Source: Deltaproteobacteria bacterium
Lineage (GTDB): Bacteria; Myxococcota_A; UBA9160; SMWR01
Direction: 5' to 3'
Length of the DNA stretch: 64,000 nt
Assembly: GCA_032128115.1 (NCBI GenBank)
Contig: JAQBHB010000014.1
Location: 1-64,000, forward strand
In this document: one piece after another, positions 37,164 to 47,161 of the stretch
Position numbering within the stretch: the stretch's first letter is position 1
How the letters are laid out: every line of letters starts with the position of its first letter
Translations under genes and position numbers: made by a program
Notes under the pieces: model-generated
Seen by the model: the letters and a program-made list of their open reading frames with translations, nothing else
Database searches by the model: none
Told to the model about the DNA's origin: nothing

Positions 37164-39269
37164 TCAGCTGGAGGAGTGACTCGATCCTGAATCGTTTCTG
37201 GGCCCCCGCTGCTGCTGTGAGTTGAGCGACGCGGCCCATAGCCCGACCCCGAGCAGGATCGCTCCTCCCGACTCGACGAATGCACGCAGGCGATCGGAGG
37301 ACGCGATCTCCGCGAGGCGCCCGGACCCCTCCACCTCCCCTTGCGCGCCGGCAAGCCGCACCTGGCGCTTCAGCGCCGCTGCGTTCCTGGGATCCATTGC
37401 GAGCGCAGCGTCCCAGGCTTTCTGGGCGCCGTTCCGATCCCCCGCGACTAACCGCACGTCCCCGAGCTCCACGCGAACGTCCGCGCTGTCTGGCTGCTGC
37501 TCGAGCAGGTCCCGCAGCAGCGCGTCCGCCTCGTCCATCCGGTTCGTGACACGAAGCAATCGGGCCCGCTCGAGCCGAGCCGGGGCGTGATCCGGGTAGC
37601 GAGCAACGGCGCCCGTCAACAGCTCGAGGGCAAGCTCGTAGCGCCCCGCGGCTCGATAAAAATTGGCGCGGGCCACGCGGCGCCGGAGATCGCGCGGGGA
37701 GGGAGCTTCGTCCAGGGCCGGAAACACGCCCGGGTCACTCAGGTCTACCGCGTCTTCCCACGGGGACCCGTTCTCGGGGACGCGCACGAAAACCGCCGCC
37801 ACGTCGTCCACAAACGCGAGTCGCCAGAGCCAGCTCCGGTTCAGCGACGTGATCAAGCGGCTTGAGGGCACGAGCGCGTGGTGCACGAGAACCGCGCCGA
37901 AGTGATAGCTGCGATCGAGGCGTTCGAAGCGTTCGGGCGTGGTCACCTGGAAGCGCATGACCCGGCGCCGCTCCGTAGCCTCGAGCCGCCAGCCCCCGGT
38001 CATGGCAAGGTAGTCGGGAAAGAGCCGCCAGATCACGTACCCGCCGTCCGCCATGTGATGGCAGAGGGGCCCGGGCGGGCGCTCACGCTCGATCCAATCC
38101 ACCGCAGCGATGGGGTACAGATCCTCGGCGATGCCGATGCCCGACTCGCGCTGCACCCCGATGCGCGGATAAAAGCGATCGCGCGCGACGTCGATGGTGA
38201 GCACGATGAGCACCAGCGATGCAATCGCAGTGGTAGCGATGTGCCCAACGACAATGCCGCTGTGTCGGTCGAGGACAGCGTTCGCGTTGCGCACAAGGAT
38301 CGGCGTGGCGACCACAGCAAAGAGTGCGATGTTCCGGTGAGCGCCCAGCGCGAGAAACAGGAATGCGCCCCAGATCAGCGGATCGCTTCCGCGTAGCCGT
38401 CGCGCGTTCAGCGCCATCGCCGCGAACGAGACCAACCCGAGCGCCACGAAGAGCGCCCGTCGCAAAGGTGCAACGGTAGACTCCGGACCGAAGCTACGCG
38501 CGAGCTCGCCAACGGCGGGGCCAAAGGCGCCGGCGTCCGCGGGTGGGCTCACCATACCGAGCTGGTGGAGAGGATAGGCAGCGCCGTCCAGCAGGTTCGG
38601 ATTCACCAGGGCGGCGAGCGTTGCCAGAAGAAACACCACCCCCGAGCGTCGAACGCGGCCCGAGCCCCCTCCCCGGCCGCTCCCCGCGAGGGATTGGGCG
38701 ACATCCGCCACCCAGTGGAGGGCGCAGAGCGCGATTCCCAGGGCGAACAGCCCGTGGAAATTCACCCAGACGATCTGGATTCCGACGATGCCGTAGACCC
38801 AGGCGTCGCCCCGGCGTTCGAAACGATCATGCAGTACGAGGCTGGCGGCCAAAAGCACGAAGCTGGGGAGCTCCGGCCGGGGCATGAAGCGGGGACACGC
38901 GATCGCGAGCATCACTGCCAGGGCCGCAACGCTGACGATCGGACGCTCGCGTCGGTATCCCAGGGGGGCGAGGAGGCCCAGCAGGCCAAGCACGAGCACG
39001 AGCTTCGAGATGACGACTGCGCCTTGGCCTCCAAGGGAGTAGAACGCGTAGAGCCAGAGCTGGTGGAGCCAGTGGATGTTGATCCAGGGCGCATCGGGCT
39101 CAGTGAACGTGAAGGGATCGGTGAGGGGAACCGCACGCGTCGCTGCGATGAAGGCTCCAGCTCGAAGATGCCACCAGTAGTCGAGTGACTGGATCTTCTG
39201 CAGCGAGAGCGCAGCAGCGAACGCACTCAAAGCGAGCCAGACTGTCGATCGCGCCACAAGGCCCGTCAC
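37164..39269 (-). CDS. Multi-pass membrane protein with C-terminal TPRs (paralog of 33085-35001)
   Basis: DYWWHLRAG...TDPFTFT, RPEL, WVNFHG, NPN, AHRN; TPR tail; start estimated. Confidence 0.7.
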   Translation of the reverse strand: MTGLVARSTVWLALSAFAAALSLQKIQSLDYWWHLRAGAFIAATRAVPLTDPFTFTEPDAPWINIHWLHQLWLYAFYSLGGQGAVVISKLVLVLGLLGLLAPLGYRRERPIVSVAALAVMLAIACPRFMPRPELPSFVLLAASLVLHDRFERRGDAWVYGIVGIQIVWVNFHGLFALGIALCALHWVADVAQSLAGSGRGGGSGRVRRSGVVFLLATLAALVNPNLLDGAAYPLHQLGMVSPPADAGAFGPAVGELARSFGPESTVAPLRRALFVALGLVSFAAMALNARRLRGSDPLIWGAFLFLALGAHRNIALFAVVATPILVRNANAVLDRHSGIVVGHIATTAIASLVLIVLTIDVARDRFYPRIGVQRESGIGIAEDLYPIAAVDWIERERPPGPLCHHMADGGYVIWRLFPDYLAMTGGWRLEATERRRVMRFQVTTPERFERLDRSYHFGAVLVHHALVPSSRLITSLNRSWLWRLAFVDDVAAVFVRVPENGSPWEDAVDLSDPGVFPALDEAPSPRDLRRRVARANFYRAAGRYELALELLTGAVARYPDHAPARLERARLLRVTNRMDEADALLRDLLEQQPDSADVRVELGDVRLVAGDRNGAQKAWDAALAMDPRNAAALKRQVRLAGAQGEVEGSGRLAEIASSDRLRAFVESGGAILLGVGLWAASLNSQQQRGPRNDSGSSHSSS

Positions 39270-39495
39270 ACCGCGCAGCACATCACAGATCGCCGGAGAT
39301 CTCAACGAGCCCGTTTTGTTGAACCATCGATTTCGAGCCACTTCTCGGAGTAACCGGGGCGATCGATGGGTCTGGGGCAAGTGACAGCGCCGCGGGCGAG
39401 GTCGCCGCGCGGATTCTAATCTAAAAGTGGGGCGCAGGCGTCAGCAAACCCGTCCGGGCGCCGCGTCGAGAGAGGCTACTCCGGCCTTCGGTCGT

Positions 39496-40908
39496 TCACG
39501 CCGACTCGTCGAGCTCGATGTCTCGTGGAGTCGAGGCGGCGTCGCGGCCCTCTCCCGAGGATTCGCCGGCCGAGGCACGGCTCAACCGAACCCGCTCGAT
39601 TCGCCGGGACGAGGCCTCCACGACCTCCGCCCGGAACGGACCCATCTGCACCACGTCTCCCACCTTCGCTAGGCGACCCAGGCGCGCTGTCACGTGTCCT
39701 CCCAGCGTGTCCTCGCCCTCTTGCTCCTCCGCGCTCAACACGAAGTCGAGTCGATCGAAGAGCTCGGGCATCGGGACGTGCCCCGGCGCTTCGAAGACTC
39801 CGTCTCCGATCTCCTGGAACTCCCGCTCCGGGTCGTCGAACTCGTCGTCGAGGGGACCCACGACCTCCTCCAGGGCGTCCTCGCGAAATGCGAAGCCGAT
39901 CACTGTGCCCCGCTCGTCCAGGACGGCGGCGCACTGTGCCTGCTGTGACTGGAGTTCGGCGAGAAAATCCAATAGAGCCATGGTGTCAGGAACGAAGAGG
40001 GGCTCGCGGGCGAGTCCGCGCAGGTCGATCTCCCCACCGTCAAGTGCCTTGGCGAGCAGATCCTTGCCGTGGAGGAAGCCCACGATGGTGTCGAGCCCCA
40101 CCTCGCAGACGGGAAATCGCGTGTGCCCACTGTCCCGAATCTTGCGCAGGTTCTCGTCGGTCGGACGTTCCAGGGAGAGAAACTCGATGTCTGCGCGCGG
40201 GACCACGATGTGCCGAACCTCGAGCTGCGTCAACCGGAACACGTTCTCGGTGATCTCGTACTCGCGCTCCGAGATCCTTCCGGCGTCTGCCGAAAGCGAG
40301 AGGATGCTCCTTATCTCCTCGGTGTCGTGAACCTCCTCGTGGTGGGGGTCGCTCGAAAATCCGATCAGCCGCAACAGGCCGTTCGAGATGCTGTTGATTG
40401 CCGCGATGAACGGCGCGAACAGCCACGCGAAGACCCGCAGGCTGGGTGCCGTGGCGATCGCCATCCGCTCCGCCCGACGAATCGCCCACATCTTCGGGGC
40501 CTGCTCACCGATCGTCATGTGGAGGGTCGTGATGACCACAAACGCCAATCCGATCGAGGCAATCGGCAACCAGGTCGCGTCCGTCGAGACCGCCACGCCG
40601 GCCGCCGCGAGGCCGGCGATCAGCAGCACCGACACCGCGGGCTCACCCAGCGCACCCAGGATCAGGCTCGCGATCGTGATCCCGAGCTGACAGGCAGAGA
40701 GGTACCGGTCCAGGTGGCGGTGCAGGTGCTGCACGGTGCGGGCACCGCGTCGGCCCTCTCTGACGAGCGCCTCGATTCGGGCCCCGCGCACCTTGACCAG
40801 GGCGAACTCCGCTGCCACGAAGAAGCCGTTCAGGAAGACGAAAAAGAGCGTCGCGCCCAGACGCCACGCCACTCCCAGCGCGTCCAGAGTTTCAGGGCCT
40901 GCGTTCAC
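39496..40908 (-). CDS. HlyC/CorC (CNNM + CBS) hemolysin-family transporter
   Basis: LNGFFVAAEFALV, CQLGITIASL, GEQAPK, HTRFPV, EDALEEVVG. Confidence 0.92.
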   Translation of the reverse strand: MNAGPETLDALGVAWRLGATLFFVFLNGFFVAAEFALVKVRGARIEALVREGRRGARTVQHLHRHLDRYLSACQLGITIASLILGALGEPAVSVLLIAGLAAAGVAVSTDATWLPIASIGLAFVVITTLHMTIGEQAPKMWAIRRAERMAIATAPSLRVFAWLFAPFIAAINSISNGLLRLIGFSSDPHHEEVHDTEEIRSILSLSADAGRISEREYEITENVFRLTQLEVRHIVVPRADIEFLSLERPTDENLRKIRDSGHTRFPVCEVGLDTIVGFLHGKDLLAKALDGGEIDLRGLAREPLFVPDTMALLDFLAELQSQQAQCAAVLDERGTVIGFAFREDALEEVVGPLDDEFDDPEREFQEIGDGVFEAPGHVPMPELFDRLDFVLSAEEQEGEDTLGGHVTARLGRLAKVGDVVQMGPFRAEVVEASSRRIERVRLSRASAGESSGEGRDAASTPRDIELDESA

Positions 40909-41066
40909 CGAGCGAACCTCTCATTTGCGACCGGCCTGCCCCGGTTTGTCGTACCCGGGCCGATGTTAGTCCAAACAGCGATTGAACCAACAAGCGCCCG
41001 GGTGCCGTACGGGCTCAGATCCAGAAAAACCCGCAGGAACGCCAACGCGCAGCCTTTCGCAGCGGC

Positions 41067-42137
41067 TCAGCGAGACGCCGGAATTTCGTGCCAGTCGGGC
41101 GCCTGTCGTAGGTCGAACAGGAAAATCCCCTGCCCGTTGCCATGAGGCCCGTCCACGGCGCGGAGTTGGAACGCCATCCACCTCCCGTCCGGAGCAACTA
41201 CGGGGTTGTTCGCACCGAAACCTGCGAAGTCGCTGAAATGCGTGAGCCGCTGGCTGCGACCGGTCCCGTCCAACGCGGTTCGCCAGATGTCAAGGTGGCC
41301 GTGTGGCGTCAGGGTATAGGTATCCGGCTCGCGTTCGACCGCGGCGAATCGACCATCCGGGAAGACGCCCTCGGCCTCATCGTAGCCCCAGTTCTGCGAG
41401 TAGTTGTGGATCTCGCCAGTCTCCAGGTCTACGCCCATCGCTTCGCCGCCTCGGTAGGCGTAGGCAGTGAAGAGGAGCTCGCGTTCATCGGGTGCCCGGA
41501 AGTCCTGGGTCTCGAGGAACGCCAGGTAGTGAAAGTCGCTCCGGTCGAGAAGTTTGGCACGATCTACAATCCTGGGAGCACCGGTTTCGAAGGAGATCTC
41601 CCCGATCCAGATCTCGGACCGCCCGAGAACCACCCGGTCCGGATAGTCCGATCGCGTCCACGCGATGCGAAGACTCCGGCGGGAGACGGCCGGACCCTCG
41701 AAGCAGGGTTCGTCGAGTGACACCGCGGGGCCCGAGAGATCGCTGCCCAGCCACCACAGCTCCGTATGCCAGCGGCCGTGCTCGGGTGTCGAATCGGCAG
41801 GACTCTGCGGCCCGCATAGGAGGACATCGCCGTTGGCGAGGTAGCGGGCTCGGGTGAAACCACTGTGGTCGAAGTGGGTCGTGAGGGGTCGTACGGCACG
41901 AGTCTCGAGGTCGATCTCGAAGACGTCCCCCACCAGCTCGTCCAGGAAGAGGAGGTGTCGTCCATCGCCCGACCAGTCCGGCCTGACGCCGGCTGCAACA
42001 AGCGGTGAGATATGCGCTGGAAGAGCGCTGGCGGGCGACCCCGAACGCGAGCCCCTTTGCTCGGGTGAGCCGCAACCGCACAGCAGTGCCGTCAGGCTGG
42101 CTACGAATGCGATCCAGGTTCTGGGTTTCAGCGCCAG
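41067..42137 (-). CDS. TolB-like (PD40) beta-propeller lipoprotein
   Basis: LLCGC lipobox; PDWSGDG, FPDG, NPVVAPDGRWMAF; start uncertain. Confidence 0.7.
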   Translation of the reverse strand: MALKPRTWIAFVASLTALLCGCGSPEQRGSRSGSPASALPAHISPLVAAGVRPDWSGDGRHLLFLDELVGDVFEIDLETRAVRPLTTHFDHSGFTRARYLANGDVLLCGPQSPADSTPEHGRWHTELWWLGSDLSGPAVSLDEPCFEGPAVSRRSLRIAWTRSDYPDRVVLGRSEIWIGEISFETGAPRIVDRAKLLDRSDFHYLAFLETQDFRAPDERELLFTAYAYRGGEAMGVDLETGEIHNYSQNWGYDEAEGVFPDGRFAAVEREPDTYTLTPHGHLDIWRTALDGTGRSQRLTHFSDFAGFGANNPVVAPDGRWMAFQLRAVDGPHGNGQGIFLFDLRQAPDWHEIPASR

Positions 42138-42306
42138 TCCTCCGCGCCAACATCCGTGAGACACCCAGGTACTCTGAGTTCTCTGGCGCGAGCCAGCGGC
42201 GAGCGCGCCGGGGTCGAGGCCAAGCGGCGCGGCACGAAGCCGCCGCTGGAGTGCTTCGTAGTCGCCCGGGGTGCGATGGCCGTTGGCTTCTTCGCGGCTG
42301 GTTGCC

Positions 42307-42334
42307 ATTCGCGTATTCGCGTATTCGCGTATTC
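42307..42334. repeat. 3.5 x 8-bp microsatellite (ATTCGCGT)
   Basis: ATTCGCGT ATTCGCGT ATTCGCGT ATTC, intergenic. Confidence 0.8.
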
Positions 42335-42478
42335 CGCCTTGGCGCGCGCGAACTCGCGCGGATCGCACGCGCAGGGAGTCTATCCAATTCCGAGGGCCAC
42401 AAAACCGCGCTGGTCCTCGAGATTGCGCGTGGTCGCCAAGGACATCCCGGGCGGGAACAGGAGTCCGGCGGGGAGGAC

Positions 42479-43597
42479 CTAGCGAAGCACCCGATGGTCT
42501 CTCTTGGTGCCCCCGGCAGGACCTCCCTCGGCATCCCGGCCGATCCAGAAAGCGCTTCCGAGCGCCTTCTGGACCGCGCGCGTCGCAATCGCGTTTCCGA
42601 GCGGGCTCCAGTGGTAATCGCAGCGCAGGAAGTACTGGCGAGAGCGCTCGTCGCCGGCCGCCATGGCCGGGAGCAGGTTCACGACGCGGTAGCCGGAGCG
42701 CTCACCCGCAGCCCGGAGCCGCTCGGACAGGGGCTCCGCTCCCCGGCGCGCGTAGGCGCGCAGGTCGGTGAGGGTCGGTATCAGAATCACGGCTACGCGC
42801 CTCGGGTGTGCCTCCGCGGCGAGCCGCTCGAGCACTCCCTCCAGTAACCGCACCCGGCGCTCATCGTAATCGTAGAACCACTCGACTTCACCCGACTCGG
42901 CGACTTCGGCCACCGCCCGCGCACGGGCTCGCCCCTCCACGGCCGCAACGGCCGCACTGCCCGCATACGACCACATGCGCAGCCATCGGCGCAGACGCGG
43001 CTCCCGGTAGTCGAGATGACGGAACTCGGGAGGGTCACCCACCAGATACGGCCGGTACCGGAACTGGCCGTAGGCGTGCACGCGCACGCTCTCAAAATCC
43101 AGGTCGACGAAATCGTTGGCGGGGAGGATGCCCACCAGCACTGCCGTGTGGTCGAAGTCGCGAGCCAGCGAGCGGTAGACCAGGTACTCCTGATACGGGC
43201 TGAAGTGAGCCATCGCGAAGTTCAGGTGCTCGACGCCGGTCTGCGCCTCCAATCGATTCGAGAGGCGGTCGGCCTCTGGGACGCCCCAGCCCTCGAGGAA
43301 CGAATCGCCGAGCACGACGACCCGCGGTCGATCCGACCGCCGCGCGCGTTCGACGTCGCGCGCGCCATCCTCGTTGGCTCGGTACTCGACGTCATAACAG
43401 CTCGTCTGGTGTCGGTAGCTGAGGCCCGGAGCGTGCCACACGCCGAACTCGGGATGATCACCCAGCCAGTATCCCTCGCGCTTGTCGCTGGGGCGCGGTG
43501 CCGAGAGCCAACCGGACTCGATCAGGACGCGGGCCCCGAGTTCGACCAGCGCGAGGGTTGCAATTCCGGCCAGGAGCACAGCGGTCGCGGCGCGCAC
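42479..43597 (-). CDS. SGNH/GDSL hydrolase-family membrane-anchored protein
   Basis: VLGDSFLEG, PANDF, DYHWSPLGN. Confidence 0.8.
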   Translation of the reverse strand: MRAATAVLLAGIATLALVELGARVLIESGWLSAPRPSDKREGYWLGDHPEFGVWHAPGLSYRHQTSCYDVEYRANEDGARDVERARRSDRPRVVVLGDSFLEGWGVPEADRLSNRLEAQTGVEHLNFAMAHFSPYQEYLVYRSLARDFDHTAVLVGILPANDFVDLDFESVRVHAYGQFRYRPYLVGDPPEFRHLDYREPRLRRWLRMWSYAGSAAVAAVEGRARARAVAEVAESGEVEWFYDYDERRVRLLEGVLERLAAEAHPRRVAVILIPTLTDLRAYARRGAEPLSERLRAAGERSGYRVVNLLPAMAAGDERSRQYFLRCDYHWSPLGNAIATRAVQKALGSAFWIGRDAEGGPAGGTKRDHRVLR

Positions 43598-43653
43598 GCA
43601 GCGATCCTAGCCCGGATCTCGCCTGGTTCGGGCGCAAGCGTGTATTCTCGACG

Positions 43654-45606
43654 TTGGTGCAGTCGACCATCGTGCGCACAGCGGGAATCCTTTCGATCCT
43701 GATGGTCGCGGTCGCCGCGAACGCCGACGCACCGCTCGAAGGGGCGAACGCGCCGGCCATCGATGGGGACGCCCTCCCGCTCTCTCCCAGCGCGCGCCCA
43801 CAGACCCTGCGCAACCTGCGCGCGCAGATGGCTCGACACCACGACTCGTCCGATGGCGGAGGCCACGCCCGCCTGGATGTCGGCGGACCGCGCGTGCACG
43901 CGGGGTCGAGTCAGAGATGGGAGATCGTTTACGAAGCCGGCGCTCTCGGAATCCGCGAGGGCGGCTTCATCGTGCTCGAGATTCCGCCCTTCCTGGGGTG
44001 GTCGCCGCCGCAGCTGATCGATTCCAGGGCGTTGGGCTACGTGACGGCATCCACACTCTCGACGGGGATCGCCTTCGAACTGGGTTTGGTGCGGCCGATG
44101 GCCGTTCAAATCCGAATGCGAGGTCGCGCCCTGGCTGCGGGCGAGTCGGTACGGATCGTCTACGGAGCCGGACCGGCAGGAGCCCGGGCGGACTCCTCGG
44201 CGGAGCGCGGCTCGCGCTTCTGGATCTACGTGGACGGCGATGGGGACGGCGGCTCCCTCTTCCTACCAGATTCCCCCGGCGTAGACGTGGTGGCCGGCAA
44301 GGCTGCGCACCTGCACGTCGCGTGGCCGGGCACCGCGAGACCCGGAGACCGCGTGCGTCTCTCACTTGCGGTTCTCGATGCCAATCACAATGCCGGTGTC
44401 GACTTTCGGGGCGACGTCGCCCTGTCGGGGCCGCCCACGCTGAAGGGCCCGGCGAGCGCGTCGTTCGGGGGCGACGAGGAAGGCGTCCAGAGCGTTGAGT
44501 TCGGAGTGGGCGACGAGGGCGTGTATCGGATTTTCGCGCGAGGTCCATCGGGCCTCATCGGCTTCAGCAATCCCCTCGTCGTGTCGGCGATGCGCCCACG
44601 CATCCTTTGGGGAGATCTCCACGGGCACAGCAACTTCTCCGATGGTACGGGTGTCCCCAACGACTTCTTCCGCTACGCCCGTGATGTGGCTGGCCTCGAT
44701 GTCGCCGCCCTCACCGATCACGACCACTGGGGTGCGCCCGCCTTCCTGGACCGTACCTCCGCAGCGCGAGCCAAACTGCATCACAGTGTGCGGCGCTTCC
44801 ACCGGCCGGGGAGATTCGTCGCGCTGCGCGGCTACGAGTGGACCAGCTGGCTCTACGGGCATCGCCACGTGCTGTACTTCGGAAACGAGGGAAAACTTCA
44901 CAGCTCGGTCGATGCGCGCTACGACACGCCGCTAAAGCTCTGGGATGCGCTGCGCGGCCGAAACACGCTGACCGTTGCTCATCACCCGGCTGGGCAGCCG
45001 ATCGCGATCAACTGGGCGATGGCTCCAGACCCCGAGCTCGAGCCGGTCACGGAGATCGTGTCCACGCACGGCAGTAGCGAGGCGAGGGACACGCCGTTTC
45101 CCATCGCAGACCCGATCCCGGGCTCGTTCGTCCAGGACGCCCTCGCTGTCGGCCACCGGCTGGGATTCGTCGGCAGCAGCGACAGCCACGACGGCCATCC
45201 CGGCTGCACGCTGGGGCCCCCGGCCCGGTCCTGCGGGCTCGCGGCAATCTTCGCCGAGGAGCTGACCCGGGACGCCATCCTCGAGGCGCTGCGCGCGCGC
45301 CGCGTCTACGCGACCAACGGTCCTCGCATCCTACTCTGGGTCACGCTGGACGAAGCACCGATGGGGTCGGTGGTCGCTTCGTCTCGAGAGCACCAGCTGA
45401 AAATCGAAATCGTCGCCCCCGGCGTCATCGAGCACGCGGATCTGGTGCGCGACGGCGAGGTGGTGGAGCGGGTCATGGGCGACGGTGCGCGGGAGCTATC
45501 GTTCGAGCGCAGCGTCCGCGACGCTCGCCCTGGCGAGACCCTCTACGTGCGAGTGATCCAGACGGACCGCGGCGCCGCGTGGTCGAGTCCCTTCTTCATC
45601 GACTGA
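43654..45606 (+). CDS. PHP-fold metallohydrolase (CehA/McbA or DUF3604-like), secreted
   Basis: WGDLHGHSNFSDG, TDHD, GYEWT, GHRHV, GSSDSHDGHPG, YATNG, AWSSP; start estimated. Confidence 0.8.
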   Translation: MVQSTIVRTAGILSILMVAVAANADAPLEGANAPAIDGDALPLSPSARPQTLRNLRAQMARHHDSSDGGGHARLDVGGPRVHAGSSQRWEIVYEAGALGIREGGFIVLEIPPFLGWSPPQLIDSRALGYVTASTLSTGIAFELGLVRPMAVQIRMRGRALAAGESVRIVYGAGPAGARADSSAERGSRFWIYVDGDGDGGSLFLPDSPGVDVVAGKAAHLHVAWPGTARPGDRVRLSLAVLDANHNAGVDFRGDVALSGPPTLKGPASASFGGDEEGVQSVEFGVGDEGVYRIFARGPSGLIGFSNPLVVSAMRPRILWGDLHGHSNFSDGTGVPNDFFRYARDVAGLDVAALTDHDHWGAPAFLDRTSAARAKLHHSVRRFHRPGRFVALRGYEWTSWLYGHRHVLYFGNEGKLHSSVDARYDTPLKLWDALRGRNTLTVAHHPAGQPIAINWAMAPDPELEPVTEIVSTHGSSEARDTPFPIADPIPGSFVQDALAVGHRLGFVGSSDSHDGHPGCTLGPPARSCGLAAIFAEELTRDAILEALRARRVYATNGPRILLWVTLDEAPMGSVVASSREHQLKIEIVAPGVIEHADLVRDGEVVERVMGDGARELSFERSVRDARPGETLYVRVIQTDRGAAWSSPFFID

Positions 45607-45700
45607 CCGCCTACCCTCGCGGAGAAACTACACGGAAGCCACAAGCGACGAGCGGCCAGAACGCGTTGCATCGCAAGCCTCAGCCGCGAAAGCGCAACGG

Positions 45701-45744
45701 GGTGCCCCCGGCAGGACTCGAACCTGCGACGCACGGTTTAGGAA
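45701..45744 (-). repeat. att-like duplicate of tRNA-Arg 3' half
   Basis: 44 bp identical to 46547-46590, ending at the anticodon loop. Confidence 0.92.
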
Positions 45745-46070
45745 GCTGCACCGGGGGCCGTGAGGGCGCTCCTAGTGGCGCTAGAACCCGCCCTGCTTGG
45801 CAAAGCGGGGCAAAGCGTGTCCTGGCTGGTCCCCGAAGAAGCAGCAGAAGAAGCACCGGGGACTCGGAGGCGAACGCGTGTGGCAGTGTGGCAACCTGGA
45901 AATACGCCCGACCTACCCCCGGAGGCCACCCTGTGTTCAAGTGCGGAGCCAGGCAAGCCGATCCTTGCTGTTGGCACGAGTCGCTACGGCGCAAGCCCCA
46001 TTGATCAGTAGGCAATTATCAGAGGGACTTGTCTCCGGGCAAGACAGACTCGCGAGACGGTCGCAGAGAG

Positions 46071-46457
46071 ATGAAACGAAACAAAATCGTAGTTCATTTT
46101 AGCGATGGCACGATACTCAAGGGGCATGTCAATGACTTCCGCCCCAACAAGGCTGAGTTTCACCTGGAAACACTGGAAAACGAAGTATCTCTGCTCAACG
46201 TTGCCGACCTGAAGGGAGTGTTCTTTGTCAAAGAACACGACGGAGTCGAGGGCCGTCGGGATTCATACGATGACGTTATCGCCGGAGGCGGCCGCAGGAT
46301 GAAGGTAACGTTTTCTGACGGCGAAGAGATCACCGGCTACGTCACAAGCTATTCACCCGACAGGACTGGCTTCTTTCTGGTTCCGGCCGATCTGGGGAGC
46401 AACAACGAACGGATATTCATTGTGGCGTCTTCCTGCAAAGACGTCGAATTCCTCTGA
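46071..46457 (+). CDS. Small lower-GC hypothetical protein (DUF6982-like)
   Basis: KIVVHFSDG..LKG..DF, LKGVFFVK, VTFSDGEEITG, GFFLVPAD..SNNERIF; two similar halves. Confidence 0.7.
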   Translation: MKRNKIVVHFSDGTILKGHVNDFRPNKAEFHLETLENEVSLLNVADLKGVFFVKEHDGVEGRRDSYDDVIAGGGRRMKVTFSDGEEITGYVTSYSPDRTGFFLVPADLGSNNERIFIVASSCKDVEFL

Positions 46458-46545
46458 ACGCTCGAGCCTGAGATACTTCGTGTGCGGAGAGGCCACCCGA
46501 GATTCGCGCTGCCCGTTCGCTCCGAGCTAAGCACCTGAAATCCTT

Positions 46546-46621
46546 TGGTGCCCCCGGCAGGACTCGAACCTGCGACGCACGGTTTAGGAAACCGACGCTC
46601 TATCCTCTGAGCTACGGGGGC
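46546..46621 (-). tRNA. tRNA-Arg (CCT)
   Basis: Cloverleaf GCCCCCG...TT-CCT-AA...GGTTCGAGTCC...CGGGGGC-ACCA. Confidence 0.95.
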
Positions 46622-46828
46622 GCGGAGGCCGGATCGCGGGGATTCTAGCGCCTCGCCCCTGCTCACCAAGATCGCTCACAGGTCGGCCAGAATCGCACTA
46701 AACCCGCGAAGCAACGCCGGTTTACGCCCTCCGGGCCGGATGCCGCGGAAAGGCCCGCCGCGCCCGCCTCGAGGCCTCCGGGGCTGCCGCAGTCAAGCGC
46801 GCTGGCAGAGAAACCGATAGAGCCCCGC

Positions 46829-47161
46829 ATGGCAGATCAGGCTCCCGATGAACGCCGGACCGAGTTCCGGAAGCCCAAGACGCTCTTCTGTCAGATCCTG
46901 TGCGCCGGCAAGCGATATCCGGCCGCGGTGCTCGATATCTCGCCCTCGGGCCTCTTCGTGCGAACTGCAGCCTCGCCGCCCCCGGGAACCGAGGTCGAGG
47001 TGAGCCTTCGCCTGGCGGGAGGCAGCACCTGGTCGCTCAAGGCCGCGATCGCACGCAAGCCCATCGCCACCGCCGCCCAGAACTCGGTCACCGGGCGCGG
47101 CCTGGGACTGCGCATCCTGGAAGTCCCGGACGGCTTCGCGGAGTTCGTGGCTACCCTCTAG
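46829..47161 (+). CDS. Stand-alone PilZ domain protein
   Basis: ERRTEFR (RxxxR) and DISPSG (D/NxSxxG). Confidence 0.85.
   Translation: MADQAPDERRTEFRKPKTLFCQILCAGKRYPAAVLDISPSGLFVRTAASPPPGTEVEVSLRLAGGSTWSLKAAIARKPIATAAQNSVTGRGLGLRILEVPDGFAEFVATL

Noticed and set aside
45701..45744. A second tRNA-Arg gene (likewise a second tRNA-Met at 7405-7425)
   Set aside because: Only the 3' part is present, with no D-arm or 5' acceptor strand, so these are att-like duplicates.
45971..45986. TTGGCACG as a sigma54 promoter for the tRNA-Arg cassette gene
   Set aside because: The following GC is 8 nt after GG, not the required 10.
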